Below are positions 1-8,998 of a stretch of DNA of 13,209 nucleotides, piece by piece. The stretch spans positions 1 through 13,209 of the forward strand of contig CAZNJA010000026.1 of the NCBI GenBank assembly GCA_964573245.1. The letters are read 5' to 3'. The notes beneath the pieces are model-generated. The model was not told the origin of the DNA. It ran no database searches and saw only the letters and a list, made by a program, of their open reading frames with translations. Positions within the stretch are counted from its first letter, which is position 1, and each line of letters begins with the position of its first letter. The DNA comes from an uncultured bacterium. GTDB lineage: Bacteria; CAIJMQ01. Made by a program: the position numbers and the translations under genes.

Positions 1-2
1 GA

Positions 3-1172
3 CTGGCGAAACTGCAAAAAACAATGATAAATATGTATCTTGATAAGATGGGCGTTTATCAGAGCGAAATGGGGTTTCCATTTACGAATCACGAAATAAG
101 CTATATCAATGCCAATCTTGAACTTAAAAAAATGGGCGCTTTCAAATCGCTTATCCTTTCAGGATGGTCCAGACCTGTAATTAAAGATATAGAAAAATCG
201 CTGAAACTTACCAACGTTAAGGATATGAATATATCTGTATCTACTTCCAACCAGATGCTTGACAGTAAGTTTGGAGGCAAATATTCTAAAGACGACATAA
301 TCAGAATGATAACCGATGCCACACAGTTTGCTAAAAAAGAAGGCATTAAGGCAATAGGTGTAAATGCAGAAGACGCTTCCAGGTCTGATATGGATTTTCT
401 TGTGGATTTTATAATCGCTGCTAAGGAAGCCGGAGCGGACAGGTTCAGATACTGCGATACTTTGGGATATGACGACCCTTTCACAATCTATGAAAGAATA
501 TCGAAAATACTCAAAAAAGTTAAAATACCCATAGAACTTCATTGCCATAACGATTTGGGAATGGCTGTTGCAACTTCCATAGGTGGAGCAAAAGCGGCCA
601 TTGACAGCGGGGTAGATGCTTATATAAACACGACTGTCAACGGAATGGGCGAACGAGCGGGCAACGCAGATTTAATTTCCGTTATTTTGGCTGTGAAAAA
701 AGCCAGTGGGTTGCATGATAAATACGCGATGGACGACAATATAGATTTAAAAATGGCATGGAAAATTTCCAGATATGTATCCTATGCTTTTGGAGTTCCG
801 ATTCCCATCAATCAGCCGGGAGTGGGGGATAATGCTTTCGCGCACGAATCTGGCATTCATGTTGATGGCGCATTGAAAGATTCCAAAAACTATGAACTTT
901 ATCACTATGAAGAATTGGGCAGGGGAGAGCCGGAGATTATCGAGACCGGAAGAAAAATAACGGTCGGCGAATATAGCGGTATAAAGGGCTTCTGGAATGT
1001 TTACGGCAAATTGGAAATAGCATTCAAAGATGATAAAGAAGCAACGCAAATATTGGAACTTGTCAGATACGCAAATGTGCATACTCAAAAACCTCTAGTT
1101 GAAGACGAGTTGAAATTTATTGCCTCTTATCCTAAAATAGCAAAGCAGATTATGACGGTTACACCGCCATAG
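3..1172 (+). CDS. Homocitrate synthase / LeuA-family DRE-TIM acyltransferase (possibly Re-citrate synthase), 5'-truncated by the window edge
   Basis: Motifs NAEDASR, YCDTLG, ELHCHNDLGMAVA, TTVNGMGERAGNA and VGDNAFAHESGIHVDG. The frame is open upstream of ATG 24 (LAKLQKT-M) and the N-terminal D-x-T-x-R-D-G motif is missing, so the true start lies before position 1. No LeuA regulatory domain at the C-terminus. Substrate cannot be fixed from sequence. Confidence 0.88.
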   Translation: MAKLQKTMINMYLDKMGVYQSEMGFPFTNHEISYINANLELKKMGAFKSLILSGWSRPVIKDIEKSLKLTNVKDMNISVSTSNQMLDSKFGGKYSKDDIIRMITDATQFAKKEGIKAIGVNAEDASRSDMDFLVDFIIAAKEAGADRFRYCDTLGYDDPFTIYERISKILKKVKIPIELHCHNDLGMAVATSIGGAKAAIDSGVDAYINTTVNGMGERAGNADLISVILAVKKASGLHDKYAMDDNIDLKMAWKISRYVSYAFGVPIPINQPGVGDNAFAHESGIHVDGALKDSKNYELYHYEELGRGEPEIIETGRKITVGEYSGIKGFWNVYGKLEIAFKDDKEATQILELVRYANVHTQKPLVEDELKFIASYPKIAKQIMTVTPP

Positions 1173-1224
1173 TATTAAAAGAAGTAGCGAATAGAAAGTA
1201 GAGAGATACTAAATTTAAACAAAT

Positions 1225-2736
1225 ATGAAAAAGAGTTTTTTGAGTTTTGCATTAATTTTTTTGGTATTTTCCCTCTGTTCGGTGTCTGTTTTCTCGACCG
1301 TATTCGATTCTGAATCAGCCGATAAAGGATTAAAATCAGGAATTCTTTCGCTGAAAGTCGGCGATTACGATGATGCTTTGGGAAAATTTCAAAAGGTGCT
1401 GGATTTGGACCCCATAAATGCTGACGCTTGTTACTATTTAGGAATGACTTATTCTCAAATGGAAGATTCCAATGAAGCCGTTTCTTGCTATCAAAAAGCC
1501 TTAACATTGAATCCCGAATTAACAAAAACGCATTTTCAACTTGGCGTTGCTTATTATCAATTAGAACAATACGCCAACGCGTTAGAATCCTTGTCGCAAG
1601 CGGAAAAATATTCGCCGGAAGATGCCATGGTCTATTATTATCAAGGAGCATCATATTACGAACTTAAGAAATATTACAAAAGTACTCTTCCATTCAGTAA
1701 AATACGGGAGTTTGACTCCACCCTTAGCTCTTTTTCTTATTATTGGGAAGGTGTTGCTCTTTTTCAGCAAGGTTTATATAACAAAGCAAAATATTTCTTT
1801 CAAGAAGTAATTCGTCTATCGCCTGATTCCCAACTTAGCAGTTCTGCCAATGAATTCTTACAAGAAATACAAAAACAAACTAAACCCTTAAATTTCAATG
1901 CAGGTCTTGGCATAGAATATGATGACAATATTACTTTACAACCTGTTGATGAGGATGCTGCTGCGGATATATCTGACAAAGAGGATGAAAGAGCTGTTAT
2001 CAATTTAAAACTTACACATAGAACATTTGTAGAGCCCGGTGAATTCGGCGTTTCTTACGCTTTTTATCAATCCCTGCATCAGGATTTGACCGAGTATAAC
2101 ATTCAGGGGCATACTGGAACGCTGTATTTTGCTTCGAACTTGCGTCCTTTCCAACCCTCTATTCAATACGATTATAACTATTATTTTGTTGACAACGATG
2201 AGTATTTGGAAAAGCATACTCTTACTCCTTCTTTGAATATTTCCGTAGCATCGCCGCATATAACGCAAGTATATTTCCAATATGAAAAACTCAATTATCT
2301 TGTTTCTTTTGAAGAAGACGAATATGACAGGAGCGCTAATGTTAGTGCAATCGGTTTGAATCAGTTTTTTTCTATCATAGAAGATAAGGGTTATGTAAAA
2401 ATTGGTGCGGAATATAAAGGCAACGATGCAGAAGGCGATGACTGGGATTGTTCACGTTCCAAAATTTCGTTAAGCATATATTCGCCAACCCCGATTCCTA
2501 AAATGAATATGGAAATCGGCGGCGAGCAGTCAAACAGTAATTTTTACAATGAAGATTCATCTTTTGATAAGACAAGAAAAGATACAAATACAAGCGGATG
2601 GCTTGAATTTATATACAAATTGGACGAAAATTGGAGTGTGGCTCTAAATTATAAATACATAAATAACCGTTCCAACATAGATTTTTACGAATATAGAAGA
2701 AATATTACCTCGCTATTTTTAAGTTGTAACTTCTGA
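1225..2736 (+). CDS. TPR-repeat protein with C-terminal outer-membrane beta-barrel (SlipAM/DUF560-like)
   Basis: Signal peptide (MKKSFLSFALIFLVFSLCS...), about 5 TPR motifs (YYLGMTY, FQLGVAYY, YYQGASYY, YWEGVALF), then GIEYDDNI, alternating aromatic beta-strands and a terminal Phe (LFLSCNF). Confidence 0.85.
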   Translation: MKKSFLSFALIFLVFSLCSVSVFSTVFDSESADKGLKSGILSLKVGDYDDALGKFQKVLDLDPINADACYYLGMTYSQMEDSNEAVSCYQKALTLNPELTKTHFQLGVAYYQLEQYANALESLSQAEKYSPEDAMVYYYQGASYYELKKYYKSTLPFSKIREFDSTLSSFSYYWEGVALFQQGLYNKAKYFFQEVIRLSPDSQLSSSANEFLQEIQKQTKPLNFNAGLGIEYDDNITLQPVDEDAAADISDKEDERAVINLKLTHRTFVEPGEFGVSYAFYQSLHQDLTEYNIQGHTGTLYFASNLRPFQPSIQYDYNYYFVDNDEYLEKHTLTPSLNISVASPHITQVYFQYEKLNYLVSFEEDEYDRSANVSAIGLNQFFSIIEDKGYVKIGAEYKGNDAEGDDWDCSRSKISLSIYSPTPIPKMNMEIGGEQSNSNFYNEDSSFDKTRKDTNTSGWLEFIYKLDENWSVALNYKYINNRSNIDFYEYRRNITSLFLSCNF

Positions 2737-2781
2737 GTTAATGATTACATAGATTAAAAAAGTATAATAGAGAGAGAAAAA

Positions 2782-3612
2782 ATGAATAAAAATCTGTTAA
2801 AAATAGTTTTTGCAGGTGTTTTACTAATCGCAAGCGCCTCCGTTTCTTTATATGCCCAGGAAGCGGTCGGCAAAGTTATTTCCTTGGAAGGCATAGTAGA
2901 GGCACGACTTAATGAAAGCGGAGCGTGGAGAACATTAAGCGGGAAAAGCGATATTTACGAAAAAGATACGATTAAAACAGGCGAAAATTCCAAAGTGAAT
3001 ATTTTCTTCGTTGACGAAACGAATGTGTCCGTAGGTCCCGAAACGACTATAAAGATAGAAAAACTTTTTTGTTCTCCTGCACAAAACCATCGCGAAGGCA
3101 AATTAAGTGTTATTGCCGGGAAAGCAAGGTTTGATGTGGGAAAACTTTTTTCTAAAGATTCGTCTTTTGAAGTCCGTACGCCTACGGCAGTAGCGGGCGT
3201 CAAAGGAACAAGTTTTATCGTTCATGTAACATCCGAACAGATGACGCAACTAATCGGTTTAAGCGGTGTCGTGACCATAACAAGTATTTCGCCCGAAATC
3301 GGAGGCGAAATGCTTTTGACAAGCGGCTTTATTATATCGGTTGAAGACGGCGCGCCGCCGGGCGACCCGATACCTATAAGTTTTGATGAACTATTGGATT
3401 TGCTGCAAAGTTTAGGACTCATTAATGGGGGAGATGATAGGGGAGGCGGCACAGGAAATACCGGAGGAAATGCATTGAGAAATCTTGGCCCGATTACTCC
3501 ACCGGGCGGGCAAACCAATATAATTGACCAGCCCATAGAAACAAAACCGGGGGATTTACCGGAACCGCCGCCGCCGCCTAATGGTGATGGAGAATCCGGG
3601 GGGACTATCTAA
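2782..3612 (+). CDS. Secreted/periplasmic FecR-domain protein with Gly/Pro-rich tail
   Basis: Signal peptide ending LYA-QE; FecR motifs DTIKTGENSKVNIFFVDET..VGPET and FEVRTPTAVAGVKGTSF; tail PEPPPPPNGDGESGG. Confidence 0.88.
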   Translation: MNKNLLKIVFAGVLLIASASVSLYAQEAVGKVISLEGIVEARLNESGAWRTLSGKSDIYEKDTIKTGENSKVNIFFVDETNVSVGPETTIKIEKLFCSPAQNHREGKLSVIAGKARFDVGKLFSKDSSFEVRTPTAVAGVKGTSFIVHVTSEQMTQLIGLSGVVTITSISPEIGGEMLLTSGFIISVEDGAPPGDPIPISFDELLDLLQSLGLINGGDDRGGGTGNTGGNALRNLGPITPPGGQTNIIDQPIETKPGDLPEPPPPPNGDGESGGTI

Positions 3613-3626
3613 AGAGTCGTAAGTAG

Positions 3627-3656
3627 TCGACAGGTGAAAAGGGGTTATGGTATAGT
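3627..3656 (+). promoter_or_regulatory. Putative sigma70 promoter for the C11 protease gene
   Basis: TCGACA (3627-3632), 18-bp spacer, TATAGT (3651-3656) with an extended -10 TG at 3648-3649; RBS GAGGA just upstream of ATG 3680. Confidence 0.5.
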
Positions 3657-3679
3657 AAGCTCTAAATTAGAGGATAAGC

Positions 3680-6577
3680 ATGTATAAAAAAATAAATTTA
3701 TTTTTAATAGTGTTTTTTCTGTTTTTATCAATTCTTTTCTCTGCAAGTATCTTGGCTGCTGAATACGAATCAGAGGCCTGGTCTCAAAACTGGAATACTG
3801 GAACCCAATATATGGTTCAATTCAAAGTTGAAGACCCGAGTCATGATGCCATTTCCGTAGAGATCGCAGGCCCTGGGATTGAGGTTTTGAGTCTTGACTA
3901 TGACGTTAACGAAAACAATTGGAATTCTTGGTGGAATAGCAAAAGTTTAGATTTTGGAGGTTCTCCACCAACACCACCGCTTGAGTATACATTTACTATC
4001 GTCGACTCTCTTGGTACAACAATTGAGACTGATACGGTAGAAAGGTTTGTTGAGGTATCTGCTACTGATCTTTCACCAATAGAGACTGTAACCGGTCCGC
4101 TGGTGGTTTTTTCATGGACGGGAGTTGAACTAGGCTACTCCCACACCTACGCGGTTGAACTTAATGATGCAGAGAGTACCCGTATATGGAATGTTTATGG
4201 GTTGGTCGATACATCGGTAAATTATGACGGTCCAGCACTGACTTCCGGGGCAGAATACTCCTATGACGTAGTAGTGGTAGATGAATACGGAAATCAGTCG
4301 TTTGCCGGCGGGAGTTTTATATATCAGACAGGAGAGTCCGAATGGCTTTTTATGGTGTATATGGCTGGCGATAATGATTTGGAAGATGACCTTATTGGCG
4401 ATTTTCTGGAGATGGCTGAAGTGGGCTCCAGCGATACGGTTAATTTAGTAGTTCAGTTGGATAGAATTGATGGCGGATATAGCGGATATGGTAATTGGAC
4501 TGATGCACGTCGAGGTCTTGTAGTTAAAAACAGTGAGCCACACACGTCCTGGGGGGAAAGTATCGGAGAAGTAGATATGGGAGATACTCAAACTTTAGTT
4601 AATTTTGTTGAGTGGGCTGTTTCCAATTATGGTGCTCCTAACATTGCTCTTATATTCTCAAACCATGGCGATGGCTGGAGAAGCAGAATTGAGGAACTAA
4701 GAAGTTTGTTAGCGGCAAAAAGCAGCGAACTTTCCTTGAGTGAAAGAGATAATATAATTAGAGAAATAGGAATTCTTGAGAGTAAACTTGAGAGTGAAGA
4801 AGGTCTTTTGAAAGCAGTATGTTCGGATGATACGGATGAAGATGTGCTCTATACAAACGAGGTAGGAGAGGCTTTGAATTATTTATATGTATATGGAGCA
4901 GCAGGGTATGGAATAGATATTAATCTCGTAGGTTTTGATGCGTGCCTTATGGGTATGCTTGAAGTTGCACATGAGATAAAGGGTTATGTTGCATATGGTA
5001 ATTCTGTAATGGTGGCTTCCGAGAAAAGCGAGCCGCTTGCCGGATGGCCTTATAATACAATACTTTCGGATTTGACTGATTCTCCGATTATGGATGTTTA
5101 TAATTTAGCCGAGACGATAGTAAACAGATACGGAGAATATTATGTCGGTTCTATTTATGGCGACCAAACTCTTTCAGCAGTAAATCTTAGCGCGTACGCT
5201 GTGGAAAGGGCTGAAGCTCCCCCCGGTGGTGTAAACGTTCTTTCGGCTGCTGTTAGTAATTTTGCTGATACAGTAATTACACAAAATACTGATTGGGATG
5301 TAATATACGAGGCAAAACAACAGGCAGGATATTACAGTTATTCTTATTACAGAGATTTAAGAGGGTTCATGGAGGGTGTTGTGTTGCATGCAAGAAATGA
5401 AGCAATTAGAACAGCTGCTTTTAGTGTTATAGTTGCGCTTGACAGTTGTATAGTTGCTAATCACAGCTCTTTTGCTGATGGGGGTAACGGTTTATCTATA
5501 TATTTTGCGGATTGGCAGGGAACCGTAGATGCTGATTATAATGCTGCAACTCTTCTTTTTGCTGCCGATACTTCATGGGACGAGTTTCTTGCTGCGTATG
5601 TAGGTGCTCCTCTTGTTGGGGAGCAACCCGAATCGTATGAATATTCCAGAGAAGTTCCTGCTTCGCAATATGTTATGGTTTCTTCTCCCGTAACACCAAG
5701 CAATTCAGACCCTGTAGTAAATCTTCAGGATGATTTGGGAAATTATGATAAAACTGTATGGCGGTTATTTAGATGGAATTCTCTTTCGGCGATATATAGA
5801 GAATATCCTTTCTACGGCCAGGAAGTTATTCCCGGAAAAGGATACTGGCTTATTTCCAAAGATGCAAAAAATATTGATATATATGGCGTTCCGGAAGATA
5901 CTACCTTTCCTTTCTGTATTCCTCTTTATCCGGGTTGGAACCAGATCGGAAATCCGTTTGATTTTGATATTGACTGGGATTATGTTTATGTATTACAGTT
6001 GAAACCGCCTTATGCTTATTACTATGTAACTTCTTCTGAAAACATCCTAACTTATAAAACACTCTGGAGATATAGTAATGGAGGATATAGTGCTGCCGCT
6101 ACTATGGTGTCGGGTGAAGGATACTGGGTCAAAAACCTTACCGCAGATTGGGTTTATCTTGTTGTTATTCCGGCTGAATCACAATTGGAAAAAGAAAATA
6201 TAGTTTTATTGGAATCTCTTCTTACAGGATTTGGAAGCTCAGAAGAAAGCCCTCCTGCTCCACCTGATAGTAACGGTGATGAAGTGAGTGAATCTTCAGA
6301 TGGAGGCAGCGGCGGCGGAAGCGGGTGTTTTATCGCCACGGCGAGTTTCGGTTCGCCGATGGCAGGAGAAGTCGACATTTTAAGAAATTTCAGGGATAAA
6401 TATTTATTGTCCAATCCGATCGGACAACTTTTCGTTTCCACATATTACAGATATTCTCCCAAAGTTGCGGATTTCATAGCAAAACATAATTTCTTGAAAG
6501 TTTTGGTCAGGTCCACTTTATATCCTCTAGTTAAAGGATGTGGAGTCTTAGACGAAACCCCGTACCGTTCCGAATAA
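3680..6577 (+). CDS. Secreted clostripain-family (peptidase C11) protein with N-terminal Ig/FN3-like region and CFI-box-CTERM tail
   Basis: Signal peptide; WLFMVYMAGDNDLE, NLVVQLDR, EVDMGD; catalytic His in LIFSNHGDGW (4664-4666) and Cys in GFDACLMG (4943-4945); MVASE, GWPY, TLSAV, GLSIYF. A duplicated PGKGYW/GEGYW module is followed by a Gly/Ser linker and GCFIATASFGS...LRNFRDKYL...YYRYSP. Confidence 0.88.
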   Translation: MYKKINLFLIVFFLFLSILFSASILAAEYESEAWSQNWNTGTQYMVQFKVEDPSHDAISVEIAGPGIEVLSLDYDVNENNWNSWWNSKSLDFGGSPPTPPLEYTFTIVDSLGTTIETDTVERFVEVSATDLSPIETVTGPLVVFSWTGVELGYSHTYAVELNDAESTRIWNVYGLVDTSVNYDGPALTSGAEYSYDVVVVDEYGNQSFAGGSFIYQTGESEWLFMVYMAGDNDLEDDLIGDFLEMAEVGSSDTVNLVVQLDRIDGGYSGYGNWTDARRGLVVKNSEPHTSWGESIGEVDMGDTQTLVNFVEWAVSNYGAPNIALIFSNHGDGWRSRIEELRSLLAAKSSELSLSERDNIIREIGILESKLESEEGLLKAVCSDDTDEDVLYTNEVGEALNYLYVYGAAGYGIDINLVGFDACLMGMLEVAHEIKGYVAYGNSVMVASEKSEPLAGWPYNTILSDLTDSPIMDVYNLAETIVNRYGEYYVGSIYGDQTLSAVNLSAYAVERAEAPPGGVNVLSAAVSNFADTVITQNTDWDVIYEAKQQAGYYSYSYYRDLRGFMEGVVLHARNEAIRTAAFSVIVALDSCIVANHSSFADGGNGLSIYFADWQGTVDADYNAATLLFAADTSWDEFLAAYVGAPLVGEQPESYEYSREVPASQYVMVSSPVTPSNSDPVVNLQDDLGNYDKTVWRLFRWNSLSAIYREYPFYGQEVIPGKGYWLISKDAKNIDIYGVPEDTTFPFCIPLYPGWNQIGNPFDFDIDWDYVYVLQLKPPYAYYYVTSSENILTYKTLWRYSNGGYSAAATMVSGEGYWVKNLTADWVYLVVIPAESQLEKENIVLLESLLTGFGSSEESPPAPPDSNGDEVSESSDGGSGGGSGCFIATASFGSPMAGEVDILRNFRDKYLLSNPIGQLFVSTYYRYSPKVADFIAKHNFLKVLVRSTLYPLVKGCGVLDETPYRSE

Positions 6578-6612
6578 GGGACTGGTGCGCGTAAACTGAC
6601 TATAGAAGATTA

Positions 6613-6718
6613 ACCCCTACACCAATTTCTTTAAGTATTTCCCCTCACACAATTGAATAGTAGGATGAAGATTTAGTATACTGATAAATATCAAAACTAT
6701 AACAATTGGTGTGGGGGT
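6613..6718. repeat. 15-bp inverted repeat pair flanking the cyclase promoter region
   Basis: ACCCCTACACCAATT (6613-6627) versus AATTGGTGTGGGGGT (6704-6718), 14/15 complementary; a third degenerate copy CCCCTCACACAATT at 6641-6654. Confidence 0.75.
6653..6682 (+). promoter_or_regulatory. Putative sigma70 promoter for the cyclase gene
   Basis: TTGAAT (6653-6658), 18-bp spacer, TATACT (6677-6682), about 40 bp upstream of the TTG start. Confidence 0.5.
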
Positions 6719-6721
6719 AAA

Positions 6722-8965
6722 TTGAAAAGACTCCGTTTAATCAATTCATATACCATCGGCTTTTTTACCATTGCAGTAATCATTTTCCTTTATTTTATCC
6801 CGATAGATTTCATCGCCCAACTTGAACTTAAAACACTTGATTTAAGATTTAGGACTTTTCAGAAAACAGTTCCCTCACAAAATATCGTTATTGTTACCAT
6901 AGACAACAAATCCGAAGATAAAATCGGACAATTCCCGTGGCCCAGAGACACATACGCAAAAGTTATAGATAACTTGAGCAGGTGGGGTGCGAAAGTTATC
7001 GGCATCGATGTTCTTTTTTCCGAGAAAGAAAATAATCCATTATTGGAAGTCCTTGATAAGACGGATTTAGAAGAAAGAGTCTCTGCAGGTCTTATAGAAG
7101 AATATCAGAAACAATTCGATAGCGATAAACTACTGGCAGATTCCATTAAGAGAGCGGGCAATGTAGTGCTTGGGTATTATTTTTTTACAGAGGGCGACGA
7201 ACAGGTAAAACACCTTACTGAGGCGGAAAAACAAAAGGCAGAAAAAATAATTTTGAAAGGTATGATTCCTTTGGTAAGGTCCAAAGTTAAAGATAATGAA
7301 GAGTTTCTGGTCAGAAGGGGTTATGGGATAGAAACAAGTATAGAGAGTATATCGCGTGCTTGTAAAAATTACGGATTCCTGAACATATTTCCGGATTCAG
7401 ACGGAGTATTAAGAAAAGTAACACTGCCGATGAAATATGAATATGAAAAGGATTGGTATGGTTCGTTTCCTTTACAGATATTGAAAAATTATTTTGATGA
7501 GAATATACAACTTGAAGTTTCATCGGAAGGCATATCAGCTCTTACTTTGGGAGAAAAAAATATTCCCATTGATACAAGCGGAGCGATGCTTCTTGACCAG
7601 AGTGCTTCACTTGATTCTTTCCCTACCTATTCATTCGTCGATGTTATGGATGGCACAGTTGATAGCCCGGCGAAATTCAAAGATAAAATCGTCCTTATCG
7701 GCATAACAGACCCCGGTCTTATGAGGGATACATGGGCTACACCGACTGATACTGTGGTTGCGGGTATAAAAATACATGCTCAAACCATATATACGATACT
7801 TAATAATTGGTTCATGTCTTATTCGCGTACACTTATAAGTAATGTTCATCCCAACACAATCCTAAAAGATGAATTTGTATATTATTCTGATGAAGTAAAT
7901 CTTGCCAACATTTTAACCATAATCTTATTGGGTGGAATACTTGTACTTGCTATCCCGAAATTTGCTCATGCAAGTTATGGCGCTTACACAGCTATTTTAT
8001 TGCTTGTCGGTTATAGTTTAGCAGCCTTCCTTCTGTTAAAAAATATGCGGTTGTGGCTTAATATGGTTTATCCTATTTCAAGTATTGCCCTTGTTTACAC
8101 AACTGAAACTTTATACAGAGCATTGACTACAGAACGAAAGGCGCGCGAAATACGGGGAGCTTTCCAGACATATGTTCCTCCTCAAATTGTCGATGAACTT
8201 ATAAAGAATCCGGAAAAATTGAAGCTGGGCGGAGAAAGAAAAACTGTTTCTATACTTTATTCGGATGTAAAGGGTTTTACGACTATCTCGGAGAAGCTTT
8301 CTCCCGAAGAACTTGTAGAATTTATGAATAATTATCTTACGCCTATGAGCGATATAGTATTTAAATATGAAGGGACGCTGGACAAATATATAGGGGATGC
8401 GGTTTTGGCTTTTTACGGGGCGCCGCTTCTGCAGGAAGACCATCATTTAAGAGTTGTCCTTTCCGCGTTGGATATGATAAGCGCCCTAAAGAAATTGCGG
8501 AAAAAATTAAAGGAGCAAAACAAACCCTCAATAGATATAGGAATCGGCATAAATACGGGCGAAGTATCCGTGGGGAACATGGGTTCTAAGACACGGCTTG
8601 ACTATACGATAATGGGAGATAACGTAAATCTCACGCAGCGCATAGAAGAATTGACCCGAATATATAAAAACAATATATTGCTAAGCGAATTTACTTATCG
8701 GGAAATAAAAGAACAAATCCTTTGCAGAGAGATTGACGAAGTTACGGTAAGGGGAAGAACGCAAGGTGTAAAGATTTATGAACCGATTTGCAGAATGGAA
8801 GAAAAAACGGCAGAAACCGAGGAAATCGTCAAGCATTTCGAAACGGGACTTAGTTTATATAGGGCTAAAAATTTTTCCGAAGCTGAAAAAGAATTTGAGG
8901 AAGTGTTGAAACTTGCACCTGAAGATGGCCCGAGTAAGTATTATTTGGAGAAGGGTAAGAAATGA
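6722..8965 (+). CDS. CHASE2-domain class III adenylate cyclase with C-terminal TPR-like helices
   Basis: N-terminal TM; CHASE2 motifs IVIVTID, GQFPWPR, GAKVIGIDVLFSE, PDSDGVLR, FKDKIVLIG, GIKIHA; three TM helices; cyclase motifs LYSDVKGFT, DKYIGDA (Lys indicates ATP specificity), GIGINTG, GNMGS..RLDYT.MGDNVN..QR. TTG start with a GGGGG RBS. Confidence 0.93.
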   Translation: MKRLRLINSYTIGFFTIAVIIFLYFIPIDFIAQLELKTLDLRFRTFQKTVPSQNIVIVTIDNKSEDKIGQFPWPRDTYAKVIDNLSRWGAKVIGIDVLFSEKENNPLLEVLDKTDLEERVSAGLIEEYQKQFDSDKLLADSIKRAGNVVLGYYFFTEGDEQVKHLTEAEKQKAEKIILKGMIPLVRSKVKDNEEFLVRRGYGIETSIESISRACKNYGFLNIFPDSDGVLRKVTLPMKYEYEKDWYGSFPLQILKNYFDENIQLEVSSEGISALTLGEKNIPIDTSGAMLLDQSASLDSFPTYSFVDVMDGTVDSPAKFKDKIVLIGITDPGLMRDTWATPTDTVVAGIKIHAQTIYTILNNWFMSYSRTLISNVHPNTILKDEFVYYSDEVNLANILTIILLGGILVLAIPKFAHASYGAYTAILLLVGYSLAAFLLLKNMRLWLNMVYPISSIALVYTTETLYRALTTERKAREIRGAFQTYVPPQIVDELIKNPEKLKLGGERKTVSILYSDVKGFTTISEKLSPEELVEFMNNYLTPMSDIVFKYEGTLDKYIGDAVLAFYGAPLLQEDHHLRVVLSALDMISALKKLRKKLKEQNKPSIDIGIGINTGEVSVGNMGSKTRLDYTIMGDNVNLTQRIEELTRIYKNNILLSEFTYREIKEQILCREIDEVTVRGRTQGVKIYEPICRMEEKTAETEEIVKHFETGLSLYRAKNFSEAEKEFEEVLKLAPEDGPSKYYLEKGKK

Positions 8966-8998
8966 TGCTGGATACTAGATACCAGATTCTAGATACTA
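8964..8998. repeat. Degenerate heptamer tandem repeat (5 x GATACTA-like)
   Basis: GATGCTG GATACTA GATACCA GATTCTA GATACTA, overlapping the cyclase stop codon. Confidence 0.8.

Noticed and set aside
2763-2768. TATAAT upstream of the FecR-domain gene as a promoter
   Set aside because: No convincing -35 or extended -10, in a short AT-rich gap that looks operonic.
2782-3612. FecR as an iron-uptake anti-sigma factor
   Set aside because: It has a cleavable signal peptide and no cytoplasmic anti-sigma domain; no FecI or TonB-dependent receptor is nearby.
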